Positions 1-9,812 are shown, counted from the first letter of the stretch. The stretch: 32,000 nt of DNA from Haloquadratum walsbyi C23 (GCF_000237865.1 NC_017459.1:2790001-2822000), one strand, 5' to 3'. Made by a program: numbers and translations. Notes: a model not told the origin generated them from the letters alone.

Positions 1-213
1 GACATCTTCGCGGACGGTGCGAGACAGATGTTCAAGATCATCATTATGCATCACAATGATTCCAACATCATCATCACCGAGTGCCGACCTCACGGCCTGA
101 TCAAGCTGTTCATCTTTGTTTTCGTCTGGGACAGTTTCGAACTTTCGGACCCCGGCAAGTCGAAACCCTGTTGTGAACTCTGGACTGCCGACGACTGCAA
201 TCTCCTGGCTCAT
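1..213 (-). CDS. atpF: A-type ATP synthase subunit F, N-terminal part (gene runs off the left edge)
   Basis: Absent from the ORF track because it has no stop in the window. Reverse-strand ATG at 213..211, 2 nt after the atpC stop. Hand translation MSQEIAVVGSPEFTTGFRLAGVRKFETVPDENKDEQLDQAVRSALGDDDVGIIVMHNDDLEHLSRTVREDV stays open to position 1. Its position after atpC fits the archaeal atpHIKECFABD order. Confidence 0.8.
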   Translation of the reverse strand, partial: MSQEIAVVGSPEFTTGFRLAGVRKFETVPDENKDEQLDQAVRSALGDDDVGIIVMHNDDLEHLSRTVREDV

Positions 214-215
214 CG

Positions 216-1259
216 CTACATGAACTCCTTCTTAATCTCATCGTCACTTAACCCTGCTTCACGTCCGCGGGCAATTGCACGAATGTTATCGACCTCTCGC
301 TCTTTGGCAAGAATATATGATATAACAGGGGTAACCGATAATGGATGTACTGTTCCGAGCGTATCGGAGTATTCTAACAAGGCATTATCAAGTGCGCGTT
401 CGAACTGAATAAGGCTGTCTGCGGTCTCAATTTGATTGAGTGCCTCAGAAAGGTCATCACCGTAGCGAGACTCACGAATTGCTTCGATAAGCTCATTTCG
501 ATTCTGTGCGAATGTCGCAAGCTCAGTCGCAGTGAACAGTGATCCGCCATCGATGTAGTACGCTCCAGGGTCTATATCTGCACCGCTTTGTGCGAGCCTG
601 AACGCATTTTGGGCGTTTCGAAAGTCAATTTCAGCTTCAAGGAATTCTCGGTATTGCGCTGTTGCCTCATCAACTGTGAGGTCAGCAAGTAACTGTTCGT
701 AGTATGTTCGATCGACAGCATTCTCAAGCGGTATGAGCACTCCACTCTCATCATAATCGTCATACGCCGACTCAAGTTCCGATCCATAGATTGTTCCTGC
801 TGCTGATAACCGCTCGACGGCTTCCTCAATACTTCCAGCGTCAAGGAGAGTATCAAGAAGTTCATCACTAAACTCACCAGCTCGGATTAAATCATCATTG
901 ACAGTATCTGACTCCGTTCCTGAGTAGATCCCACGGATAACCGTCTTGACATTCCACGCGTCAAACTTCCTCAAATACCGTGCAATAAGATCATACAGGC
1001 GACCATTTGCCCACCGGAGTAAATCATCAAACTGTCTTGCGAGGTTTTGATTTAGCGCGTACTCGATAAGATCGACACCGGAATATCGAGACCCAAGCGC
1101 ATTGATTTCCCGTTCATAATCGGACTCTTCCATCAGACGTGCAATTTCTGCTGGCGTCATCCGAACCAATTTCCGGTACTCCTCATCGTCATATAATGCG
1201 CTTTCTCGTGCTTTGACCCGTGCTGTCACGTACTCCGGATTAGAACCTGATACACTCAT
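216..1259 (-). CDS. atpC: A-type ATP synthase subunit C
   Basis: 347 aa ORF between atpE and atpF. The ATG overlaps the atpE stop (ATGA at 1256..1259). The acidic sequence and its length match subunit C (V-type d-like) of archaeal A1A0 ATPases. Confidence 0.9.
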   Translation of the reverse strand: MSVSGSNPEYVTARVKARESALYDDEEYRKLVRMTPAEIARLMEESDYEREINALGSRYSGVDLIEYALNQNLARQFDDLLRWANGRLYDLIARYLRKFDAWNVKTVIRGIYSGTESDTVNDDLIRAGEFSDELLDTLLDAGSIEEAVERLSAAGTIYGSELESAYDDYDESGVLIPLENAVDRTYYEQLLADLTVDEATAQYREFLEAEIDFRNAQNAFRLAQSGADIDPGAYYIDGGSLFTATELATFAQNRNELIEAIRESRYGDDLSEALNQIETADSLIQFERALDNALLEYSDTLGTVHPLSVTPVISYILAKEREVDNIRAIARGREAGLSDDEIKKEFM

Positions 1260-1837
1260 TGATCAAATAGTTGTTCGCTGACATCTCCGAGTGTTTCCTC
1301 CCAGACAGCATCGAGAATTGAATCGAATGTGTTATTCACTCGAACGCGAGATTGCTGTCCCTCAGCAACAACCCCCCCAAGACAGTCGTACTCACCGGCA
1401 TACTCCGCTTTTTCGTGCTCCTCCAGCAGTGAATTAAGCAGATCAGCATCATCAGCGCGAGCGTAAAGCTTGACTGTCTCATCATCATCGAATTCGGTGA
1501 TTGCTGCGGTTACTAATGGTTTGGTTAATTCCTCTCGTTTTGCGTTCGATAGCGATGCGAGTTCATCCTCAACACGATTAAGAACATCATCAAGAACATC
1601 ACGCCGTGCTTCTAAGCGGTTTTGTTTTGCCTCAAGATTTGCACTTGAGAGTGCTTGCTCACGCTCGCGCTCAATTTGCTCTTCGACCTCATCTTTTCGC
1701 TCTTCAAGGATATCCTCTGCATCAGCTTCTGCTTCTTCAATGATTTTCTCTGCGCGTTCATCTGCGTCTGCTTGAATTTCGCTGGCGCGCGCTTGCGCTT
1801 CGTCTCGAATGTCTTCGACGACAGTGTCCAAACTCAT
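1256..1837 (-). CDS. atpE: A-type ATP synthase subunit E
   Basis: Charged, coiled-coil-rich protein starting MSLDTVVEDIRDEAQARASEI at the internal ATG at 1837 (track ORF extends to 1849). Operon position is between atpK and atpC. Confidence 0.9.
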   Translation of the reverse strand: MSLDTVVEDIRDEAQARASEIQADADERAEKIIEEAEADAEDILEERKDEVEEQIEREREQALSSANLEAKQNRLEARRDVLDDVLNRVEDELASLSNAKREELTKPLVTAAITEFDDDETVKLYARADDADLLNSLLEEHEKAEYAGEYDCLGGVVAEGQQSRVRVNNTFDSILDAVWEETLGDVSEQLFDQ

Positions 1838-1858
1838 TGATAAAACCAACGAGAGGTA

Positions 1859-2095
1859 TTATATCAGGAAGAACCCGACAAGTGCGAGAATGAGAATCGT
1901 CTCTGGAAGGACGGTGAGAATAAGTCCGTTAACAAAGAGACTGTCATCCTCTGCGATAGCGCCCATCGCAGCGGCGCCAATCCCACGCTCTGCATAACCT
2001 GCGCCGAGAGCGGCAAGACCGAGTGCAATTGCGGCGGCGGCGGACGGTTCAATAGCTGGTGCGGTTTCTTGAGCCTGCTGTAGTAGTCCAATCAT
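1859..2095 (-). CDS. atpK: A-type ATP synthase proteolipid subunit K (c subunit)
   Basis: 78 aa hydrophobic hairpin, GLAALGAGYAERGIGAAAMGAIAED...LILTVLPETILILALVGFFL, with the conserved carboxylate in helix 2 (PET). An overlapping 75 aa alternative frame is rejected. Confidence 0.9.
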   Translation of the reverse strand: MIGLLQQAQETAPAIEPSAAAAIALGLAALGAGYAERGIGAAAMGAIAEDDSLFVNGLILTVLPETILILALVGFFLI

Positions 2096-2302
2096 TGTAT
2101 TAAATTACGACTGTATTGTCGTTTCCGAACGTCCGTAGATGGACAGACAAATCTCATAAAGCTTCTCAAATGCACCGACTGTAAGCGTTGCAAAATGGAG
2201 TCATTATACTCAATATAGTGACAAGATAAATAAACTTTTTCGAGTTATCACATATATTGATGAGAGCAAAAATATAATCCAACGAAGGGAATCAGTATAA
2301 TT

Positions 2303-4639
2303 CTAATCTTCAGTCGTGAACTTTCGTTCGTATCCAAATGGATTATACTCGCGTCCTCCGCCCTCAAAGAACTTATTGAAGAATTCCACATACTCAAGAC
2401 GAACTGCCTGTAGTCCTGCACTTGTCACGCCAAGCGCAAGAACAAGTACATGACCGAGTATGAGAACGATCATTCCAATCAGAATCGTTGCAGCATCACC
2501 ATGAATAAGTCCTCCAAACATAATATCGGTGACTTCGTGCCCATGATAGACCTCTCCAACCTGTGGCATTTTATCGAGACCGAAGTGCCACTCTGCTTCA
2601 TTACCGCCCCCGGTGACATAAACACCAAAGAACAGAAGATTTACTGTAAATGCCATCGCCGCTTTTGCGAGTAGCACTGCAGCGAGTCGCGTGTATGATA
2701 GTACATTTACAAGCACATTGAGAAACTCAATGGCTTCAACTGGTTCACCAACCGCAAGAAGAACAAGTCCTAAAATAAATATCGCAAGCGGAATCGTAAT
2801 CGGTCCCACCCCTGGCAGTGTAAATAGCTCCATTGCAGGGAATCCATTGAATCCAAGCGGGAGCACGCCTTCAGCCGAGAATGTCGTGTAAATAAATGCT
2901 GGAGCGACTGGACGGAGTGCATCACTGAATACCCAAATCCAGAACCCGTTCATCATCAAAAGCCATGACCCATTCTCAGTAAATGCATGTTTGAGATCAT
3001 GGAGATTACGATCTTCAAAGAACCCAAAGATCCATGCGATATTGAGATGAGCGACTCCCACGAGCACGCTCACAACAAGCCATCCACGAGCCCACTCAAT
3101 ACCAGCTGGTGAGAGACCCTTTTCGATTGGAGCATGTGAGAGCCCAACGAGTCCTTCCCAGAGATACGTTGCAATCAGATGTAGTCCAAATATCTCTCCA
3201 TATAGAATGCCAAATATGATCGTAAAAACACCTGCGGCAATCGTTATCCCACCCATACTGCGGAACGCTGGACGATCTGTAAAGCTAGTATACAGATAGT
3301 ACCCAATTCCGGTGTAAATTAACCCATATCCAAGATCCCCGATCATGAATCCAAAGAATGCCGGGAATGTCAAAAAGAGAATAATTGTCGGGTCAAACTC
3401 ATAATAACCTGGTCGATTGACCGCTTGAACGAGAATTTCGAATGGCTTGACTGCGCCCGGATTATCCTGTACTGTTGGTGGCTCATCATCATCCATGACA
3501 ACCGCCGTCCCTCCGTCAGCACGAGCGTCTGTATCGACATCTCCCCCATCCGCGGCTGTTGGTGCGGGTGCGCCTGCGTCGCCACCACTCTCTGCGGGAA
3601 CATCCTCGCGTACATGGTCATCTCCGCTTGCAGAGAACGTTGCACGCTCGATTTCATCAATTTGGACATGATCCCCAACAGTCTCCGTGAGCGCTTGTTT
3701 CAGTTCGCTATAACGTGAGCTAGGTATCCACCCCTCAGCAATAAACGCATTCTTGGTTGTTGCAAACGATAATGGTGCCTCTGACTTTTGAGCATCAATC
3801 GCCAACTTTTCTTCTGCAGCAAGCAGGAATCCAGCAGTTTCATCACGCTCAGCTTCTAATTCTTTTTCGACGTTTTCAAGCTCTGCCTCCAACTGCTGAC
3901 GTTTTTCGTCGAGGGTATTTTTGTACTCCTTCGGTGATAACTGCTCATCATCATCAAAACCAGCGGGATTCTCGGATGCTGATGCTGTGTTTGCGTCCCC
4001 GTTTATGTCGTCTATTGACGATGGTAGATCAACTGAGACAAACTCAGCGCCCACAAGTGCATCAGTAAGTGCTGTGTCACTTGCAGCATCTGCCGGGCGA
4101 GCAAAGATAGCCAAAATATCACTACTCGGAAAGATTTTATATGCAGTGAGTGAATCAGCATCAACGATTGCTTGTTCAATTGCTTGTCGGTCACCACGGC
4201 CGATAGCTACCTGCAGTGTGTCATACCCTGTAAGCAGGTCTAGATCAATTCCAAGTTCAATAAATGGCTCTACAGATTCAATCCGATCTTCAATTTCTCG
4301 GAGTTCCTGAGTTAATTCCTGTCGTCGATCATCGAGTTGATTGACGGTCGCTCGGATTGATTCGAGTTCATCTGTGAGTGCCTCTTCAGTAACGATTCGA
4401 GTTGGTCCGGCATCCTCTTCATCAATGTCGAGGATATTTTTTAATGAACGAACCGTCACAAGCTGGTCCGCAGTTGTTTCTGCGCCTTGAGTCGATCTAC
4501 CAGGATCAAATCCGTCCCATGATCCGTCGTAATCAGTGATATGAAACAGATTAAGATCGTGTGTCGTTTCAACGACTGTCTCCAGTACCTGCTTGGAGCC
4601 AGTCATTGAGACTCTACTCATCTGCTCAGGTCTGAGCAT
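2303..4639 (-). CDS. atpI: A-type ATP synthase subunit I (a-type stator/proton channel subunit)
   Basis: Start taken at internal ATG 4639 (MLRPEQMSRVSMTGSKQ...). Soluble acidic N-terminal half, then a polytopic membrane C-terminal half. Overlaps the atpH end by 14 nt. Confidence 0.9.
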   Translation of the reverse strand: MLRPEQMSRVSMTGSKQVLETVVETTHDLNLFHITDYDGSWDGFDPGRSTQGAETTADQLVTVRSLKNILDIDEEDAGPTRIVTEEALTDELESIRATVNQLDDRRQELTQELREIEDRIESVEPFIELGIDLDLLTGYDTLQVAIGRGDRQAIEQAIVDADSLTAYKIFPSSDILAIFARPADAASDTALTDALVGAEFVSVDLPSSIDDINGDANTASASENPAGFDDDEQLSPKEYKNTLDEKRQQLEAELENVEKELEAERDETAGFLLAAEEKLAIDAQKSEAPLSFATTKNAFIAEGWIPSSRYSELKQALTETVGDHVQIDEIERATFSASGDDHVREDVPAESGGDAGAPAPTAADGGDVDTDARADGGTAVVMDDDEPPTVQDNPGAVKPFEILVQAVNRPGYYEFDPTIILFLTFPAFFGFMIGDLGYGLIYTGIGYYLYTSFTDRPAFRSMGGITIAAGVFTIIFGILYGEIFGLHLIATYLWEGLVGLSHAPIEKGLSPAGIEWARGWLVVSVLVGVAHLNIAWIFGFFEDRNLHDLKHAFTENGSWLLMMNGFWIWVFSDALRPVAPAFIYTTFSAEGVLPLGFNGFPAMELFTLPGVGPITIPLAIFILGLVLLAVGEPVEAIEFLNVLVNVLSYTRLAAVLLAKAAMAFTVNLLFFGVYVTGGGNEAEWHFGLDKMPQVGEVYHGHEVTDIMFGGLIHGDAATILIGMIVLILGHVLVLALGVTSAGLQAVRLEYVEFFNKFFEGGGREYNPFGYERKFTTED

Positions 4640-4958
4640 ATACTTCCTCTTCGAACTGGTCGACTGTATACTCAACGGCTTGATCAATCCGGTCCTCTGC
4701 AGATTCAATCAATTGCTCTCGTGCTGTTTTTCCATCCTCAATAATTTGCTCGCGCTCAGTTTCAATTTCCTCGCGGGCTTCCGAGAGCCGTTTGGATTCG
4801 TATTCATCAGCCTCTTGTTGTGCCTCTTCACGAATCGTCTCAGCCTTCTCTCTCGCAGCCGCAAGCCGTTCCTCACGCTCACTTTCGGCCTCGTCGATAA
4901 TTTCTGCTGCCTCATCCTCGGCTGTTTTAATTCGTTCGAGAACCTCTGGTCTCGGCAT
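4626..4958 (-). CDS. atpH: A-type ATP synthase subunit H
   Basis: Start taken at internal ATG 4958 (MPRPEVLERIKTAEDEAAEII...). Small, highly charged helical protein and first gene of the atp operon. Confidence 0.8.
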   Translation of the reverse strand: MPRPEVLERIKTAEDEAAEIIDEAESEREERLAAAREKAETIREEAQQEADEYESKRLSEAREEIETEREQIIEDGKTAREQLIESAEDRIDQAVEYTVDQFEEEVYAQT

Positions 4959-5168
4959 ACTCGTATCAATAAAATATTCCGTAAGCGGCATATAAGGTGT
5001 TTGCGGAATGGTAGTAAGAGCCATCAAATGATGTAATATCTTGTGAGAGGAATAATAATTGACGCTGGGGGCTGGATTAGATGTTAAGCTAGTATATTGA
5101 GACCATTCGTCTTGGTTATATATATAGAATCCGTAAGATTATGATTATGGCGTGCGAAAATTGGGTTA

Positions 5169-5858
5169 ATGGGAATACTTGAGGACAAGGAGAACGCGCG
5201 GCTATTTTATAAATATCTCTCGAAGGTGTATGACCGCATTAATCCATTTATTTGGAATGCAGAAATGCGTGATGAGGCGCTCAAGGAACTCGATATTGAC
5301 CCGACCGACCGCGTTCTTGACGTTGGATGTGGGACCGGATTTGCAACTGAAGGGCTGCTTCGATACAGTCAGGATATTCATGGACTTGATCAGAGCATTC
5401 ATCAAATGGAAAAGGCATTCAGCAAGTTCGGTCGGGCTGATGATGTTAAATTCTATCGTGGTGATGCTGAGCGACTGCCATTCGCGGACAACAGCTTTGA
5501 TGTGATTTGGTCATCAGGCTCAATCGAGTATTGGCCAAATCCGGTCGATGCACTCTGTGAGTTCCGGCGTGTGGTCAAACCTGGCAACCGTGTTCTTGTT
5601 GTTGGTCCAGATTATCCTGATTCATGGATTTTCCAACAACTTGCTGATGCAATTATGCTATTCTATGATGAAACAGAAGCACAAGAGATGTTTGAAACCG
5701 CAGGGTTTGTTGATATTGAACATCATGTCCAACAAGCATATCCTGGAACTCCGCAAGCAATTACAACAATTGCTTGTGCACCGACAGCAGATGATACAGT
5801 TGACACACCATCCCAGCAGCAAGTGAGTGACCCAGCAGCCGCACCAACTACCGATTGA
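5169..5858 (+). CDS. class I SAM-dependent methyltransferase (UbiE/MenG / MPBQ-MSBQ methyltransferase-like)
   Basis: SAM-binding motif I VLDVGCGTGF, followed by DQS...GDAERLPF...FD. Transcribed divergently from the atp operon across an AT-rich region. The substrate cannot be read from the sequence. Confidence 0.8.
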   Translation: MGILEDKENARLFYKYLSKVYDRINPFIWNAEMRDEALKELDIDPTDRVLDVGCGTGFATEGLLRYSQDIHGLDQSIHQMEKAFSKFGRADDVKFYRGDAERLPFADNSFDVIWSSGSIEYWPNPVDALCEFRRVVKPGNRVLVVGPDYPDSWIFQQLADAIMLFYDETEAQEMFETAGFVDIEHHVQQAYPGTPQAITTIACAPTADDTVDTPSQQQVSDPAAAPTTD

Positions 5859-5943
5859 ATACTGAAGATGATTGAGACTGATGTTTTTATCTCTTATCTA
5901 TTCTTATTACAATATTAACGTATTTCTGACGTATCGATAGCAC

Positions 5944-6555
5944 TTATCGTCGGATTGTTGCACCAATTTCTCCGATAACGCAACCACGATAGCGGATGGT
6001 TATATCAATGAATCGACCCGGCAGCGGTTGAGGACTATTTGTTCCAGCGATTCGGATTGCCCCTTGCTCGCCAACTGACCATATGCCATCGCTTGCGCTG
6101 TTGAATGGTCCATACGGTCCGCTGCGGAAGCCCTTCGCAGCAAAAAATGGGATTGGCGGCTGATGTAAGAGTGGCTCTTGATTGACACTAATGTGCATAT
6201 CCACCATTGCAAGGCGCAGTGATGGTCCAGCCTCGTGTGTAAGCGCTATCATTGTCTCAGACACGGTGAGTGATAATGCAACATTCGATGCTTGATGTGC
6301 TGGTAGGCTCGATGAAACTGAATTATCAGTGCGACCGCCAGTTGAAGCAGTGGTATCTTGACACGCATATGACGAAGGTATTACCTGAAGCTGGTCACTT
6401 CCAACTGCGACAACACTAGCAAGAGTAACACTGACGACAAGCAGCAGTGCAATGCCAGTTATTGCGGCTGATGCTCGATTTGCAGTCGACAATGAGTTCA
6501 CGAGACACTCACGGACTATTTGCTGTCGATGTTGCTGATGAACGTTCGCTTTCAA
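5944..6555 (-). CDS. archaeal type IV pilin-like protein (class III signal peptide, DUF1628-like N-terminus)
   Basis: The N-terminus NRASAAITGIALLLVVSVTLASVVAV matches the archaeal pilin pattern R-A/G-x-S/A...G..L.....V.LA.VV. The C-terminal part has the THEAGPSL...V motif typical of such pilin-like proteins. Not acidic. Confidence 0.55.
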   Translation of the reverse strand: MKANVHQQHRQQIVRECLVNSLSTANRASAAITGIALLLVVSVTLASVVAVGSDQLQVIPSSYACQDTTASTGGRTDNSVSSSLPAHQASNVALSLTVSETMIALTHEAGPSLRLAMVDMHISVNQEPLLHQPPIPFFAAKGFRSGPYGPFNSASDGIWSVGEQGAIRIAGTNSPQPLPGRFIDITIRYRGCVIGEIGATIRR

Positions 6556-6679
6556 TATCGTTTAGAATGTATCCCAATCGAGTCAGCGTAATTGATCGAG
6601 GCTAAGTTAACTCATGCGAGCCATCAACGTCCAATCCAATACGATTCAATTAGCTAAAAACAGATAATACCGTCAGTAG

Positions 6680-8005
6680 TTAGTCATTAGTTGACACTCG
6701 AATATCGTTATTGCTCCCGTTGACGCCTGTTTGAGTGCTATTCTCACGAGTGCTATTGCCAACAATGCCGTATATCAACGGCGGGAATGATGGGTCGACA
6801 GAGACTAATACAACAGAACTTCGATCAATAGCAGTCACCTGATAAGTACCGTCAGGAGCAAGCGTCCACAGCGACCCATCAGAACCTGTCTCTCCAACAA
6901 TCGTGCTTTCACCACTCGGTGGACCAAGAGTCAACGGTGCATCAACTGACTGCTCTGTGGCAGTACTGTTGAGTTGGAATCGAACTGGTCCACCAGGATA
7001 CGTTGGATGTGCTGTAAGTCGAAGTCCATCTTTTACTGCTGAAATTGACCGTCGTGTTGATGTCTGCGTGAGTGGTCGATATTGAACCTCTTTGAATATC
7101 CGTGCGCTACTCGTGTCAATAAAACTTATAAGACGACCACGGTCATGATCAATGTTCACACGAGCAATCGACCCATCCGATGCTGTAACTGTCCTCTCAC
7201 GACGCAATGACGTGATTGTTGGATAGGCATTGGTGGTTACGTTCGTCGGGGTCGTTATATTCAACGCCATTCCAATGTCACCGCCTCTCAGTCGACCACG
7301 ATATGCCTCCCGTATATATGTATCATCAATGATAGTTCCAATTACAACACTTTGTGGTCCTGATTGAATAACGAACCGACTTCTCTCAGTTGCTCCTGTG
7401 ATTACATCTGTAGCATGTTCACGGACCGGGCTGGTCAGTGTCTGTAATTCAATTTGAAGCGTCTCGAATCGAGACGCAGGGATACTAAACCCCTCTATTG
7501 AGTCCGCAGCTGATTTCAGTCGTGATAATCGCGTGATTAGCGCACGTGACTCAGAATCAATCGCAGCAAGGCGAGCGAGGAGTTGTTCAGTCGTGATATT
7601 CTCACTCCCATATGCTGAGATTTGTGTTCGTTGTTGTGAGCGAAGCACAACCGTACGCTGTTCAGTCTCACTAAGCGCCTGTAATAACCGCTGTTGACGC
7701 ATAGATGGTGTTGATGCTGATTGAATCCGATTTAGTGTTGTTTCCGTTTGAATTCGTGTCTCAGTCGCTGTTGAGGCGAACTCAAGTCCGCGACCAAGTT
7801 CAACATATGTTGTCTGCAAAGCAGCCCGTTGCACCTCGACTGGTGAAATGCCGAGCATTGACAGAATCGGTCCACTTCCTCCCTGATTCACTTGTGAGGT
7901 ACTCCCATCACTCAGTTGTGCATCACCGATTGATGCGACTGGAACTGCCCCAGCGACGGTCGCAATGACGAGGATGACAGCAAGAAAGATAGAGACAGCA
8001 CGCAT
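6680..8005 (-). CDS. secreted or membrane-anchored protein of unknown function, Arg/Thr/Ser/Gln-rich
   Basis: Start taken at internal ATG 8005 (MRAVSIFLAVILVIATVAGAVPVAS...). The N-terminal hydrophobic segment looks like a signal or pilin-like peptide. I recognise no family. Confidence 0.6.
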   Translation of the reverse strand: MRAVSIFLAVILVIATVAGAVPVASIGDAQLSDGSTSQVNQGGSGPILSMLGISPVEVQRAALQTTYVELGRGLEFASTATETRIQTETTLNRIQSASTPSMRQQRLLQALSETEQRTVVLRSQQRTQISAYGSENITTEQLLARLAAIDSESRALITRLSRLKSAADSIEGFSIPASRFETLQIELQTLTSPVREHATDVITGATERSRFVIQSGPQSVVIGTIIDDTYIREAYRGRLRGGDIGMALNITTPTNVTTNAYPTITSLRRERTVTASDGSIARVNIDHDRGRLISFIDTSSARIFKEVQYRPLTQTSTRRSISAVKDGLRLTAHPTYPGGPVRFQLNSTATEQSVDAPLTLGPPSGESTIVGETGSDGSLWTLAPDGTYQVTAIDRSSVVLVSVDPSFPPLIYGIVGNSTRENSTQTGVNGSNNDIRVSTND

Positions 8006-8130
8006 GCAACCACATATATTAGGTATTAATAAAAACACTATCATTAGCGTTTCACTCAAACATCTGTATCTTGAGATTCGGAAAACCCGATAGAAAGGGT
8101 TTTGAGCGTTCCACGTGCAATCCGCATCAC

Positions 8131-9729
8131 ATGCGGATGTCCGCGTTATTAATCGTCCTCCTCCTTGCTGTTGCCACCGTTGCAGGTGCAGGTGCTAGCG
8201 CTACTCCCGCGGCGCTCACCCAGCCAGCACCGACATCAGCCTCGCCTTTATTTCTCGAATCAGCCTCAACTTTTGACCCACTCTCACCCACACACGCACC
8301 CGCATCTGTACCTGCACCTGTACCCAGAACTTCGCTCACGACCGACGCATCTGAGCTATCAGATGTCGATGCAGCGTCATCGCATGCACAGATTGATACG
8401 TCAAATCCGACGTCACAGCCAGAATCTCAAACAACAATTACTATTTCTATCCGTGCTGATCAGAGTGCTTTCTGGCGGATTGAAACGCAGTATGCACTCA
8501 CAAATCCAAATGAGACGCGCGCATTCAAGCAAATGGCACGTCAGTATGAGCGAGATAATATCGATATTGGACCACAGATTACACTGTTCAAGACGCTGCA
8601 GACAGAAGCAACTGCAGCAACCGATCGACGAATGCAAATTCGAAATGTAAGCTATCATGGGAGCGTTGAGGATAATCGCGGCACGCTTGCCCTTTCGTTT
8701 CGTTGGTCAAATTTTGCTCAGGAGGGACAAAATGAAACACTGTTAATCGGGGATGTATTCAAAATTCCGACCGATGAAGCAGACGTTCAGCGAACATGGA
8801 TGTCAGTTGTCACCGCAAATCAACAAATCGTTATTCGTCCACCCAACCGATATACAGTTTCTCGAACGAGCATCCCTGTTCAACAGCGAGAGAGTGCAGT
8901 CGTCCTCACGCAGCCATCTGACTTTGAGGGGGACTCAGGACTTGAGATTAGATATTCCCCGGTTGAAGAAGACTCGTTTCCGACAGCGTTGGTTGCTGGA
9001 GCAGTTCTTGGATTACTTGGAATAATTGGGATTCTCTATGGTAGCCGTCGATACCGGACCGATAATGGGGATCCTGGCGGAACAGCTGATGATACTCCTC
9101 CATCGCCGGGACCTGACTCTCCTCCAGCAGTTGCCACCGATGCTGAAAGTGAGAACAAGGATAAAATCGATACCCCTGAAGAGGACTCATCGGTATCAGA
9201 GCACACAGACGCCTCCTCATCAGGCATTTCTGATGATTCAGTATCCTCAGCACCATCATCGACATCGACATCGCCTTCAGCCTCGAGTTCAGATTCAAAT
9301 AGTGATACGTCCCCGATAGATGACGCAGAATCGACTGACACAGGATCATCACTCTCTGGCACTGAGACATCATCAGTTCAGGACGATACAATAGATACTG
9401 ATACCACTGATTCGTCGACGACAACTGAGTCAGAATCAGAGACACAATCGACAGAGGACTCAATGCCAGATATCTCGACAGATCCCGCGTTACTCTCTGA
9501 TGAAGAGCGTATTGAACAGTTGCTCTCACGTAACGGAGGACGGATGCGGCAGGCATCGATTGTTGATAAAACTGGGTGGTCGGATGCAAAAGTATCACAG
9601 GTTCTCTCCGTGATGGCTGAGGAGAACCGGGTCGATAAGCTTCGATTGGGTCGTGAGAATCTCATCTCGCTCCCTGAAGAGTCGACGACAAATACACAGA
9701 CAGATGATGAGCAGATGAGTACAGACTGA
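8131..9729 (+). CDS. bitopic membrane protein: signal peptide, ectodomain, one TM, acidic Ser/Thr/Asp-rich linker, C-terminal winged-HTH-like domain
   Basis: Start at internal ATG 8131 (or 8137): MRMSALLIVLLLAVATVAGAGASA. TM segment FPTALVAGAVLGLLGIIGILYG followed by SRRYR, which suggests a cytoplasmic C-terminus. A roughly 150 aa low-complexity linker follows. C-terminal LLSDEERIEQLLSRNGGRMRQASIVDKTGWSDAKVSQVLSVMAEENRVDKLRLGRENLISLPE looks like a wHTH. Confidence 0.65.
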   Translation: MRMSALLIVLLLAVATVAGAGASATPAALTQPAPTSASPLFLESASTFDPLSPTHAPASVPAPVPRTSLTTDASELSDVDAASSHAQIDTSNPTSQPESQTTITISIRADQSAFWRIETQYALTNPNETRAFKQMARQYERDNIDIGPQITLFKTLQTEATAATDRRMQIRNVSYHGSVEDNRGTLALSFRWSNFAQEGQNETLLIGDVFKIPTDEADVQRTWMSVVTANQQIVIRPPNRYTVSRTSIPVQQRESAVVLTQPSDFEGDSGLEIRYSPVEEDSFPTALVAGAVLGLLGIIGILYGSRRYRTDNGDPGGTADDTPPSPGPDSPPAVATDAESENKDKIDTPEEDSSVSEHTDASSSGISDDSVSSAPSSTSTSPSASSSDSNSDTSPIDDAESTDTGSSLSGTETSSVQDDTIDTDTTDSSTTTESESETQSTEDSMPDISTDPALLSDEERIEQLLSRNGGRMRQASIVDKTGWSDAKVSQVLSVMAEENRVDKLRLGRENLISLPEESTTNTQTDDEQMSTD

Positions 9730-9812
9730 TGATATTTTTATATGTTACTCTTGACTACGTGTTTTTAGGACAGTCGGAACCCATTTTAGCTCGCCGATAA
9801 GACTGAAAATTA

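Noticed and set aside
9050-9480. Repetitive-looking DNA (tcgaca tcgaca, runs of tca/gat/aca) that might be a tandem repeat or array.
   Set aside because: It is the coding sequence for the Asp/Ser/Thr-rich linker of the 8131..9729 protein. It has no regular period and no spacer-repeat organisation. No CRISPR-like array is visible anywhere in the window.
8948-9598. Long ORFs antisense or out of frame to confident genes. Examples: 8948..9598 (216 aa), 26812..27303 (163 aa), 18309..18941 (210 aa), 3921..4310, 16215..16670, 20916..21323, 25248..25625, 1470..1775.
   Set aside because: They lie entirely inside genes with clear family signatures or inside the decayed IS. Their compositions are Ser/Arg/Cys/His/Leu-rich and non-halophilic, and they have no recognisable motifs. 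This is typical of shadow ORFs.
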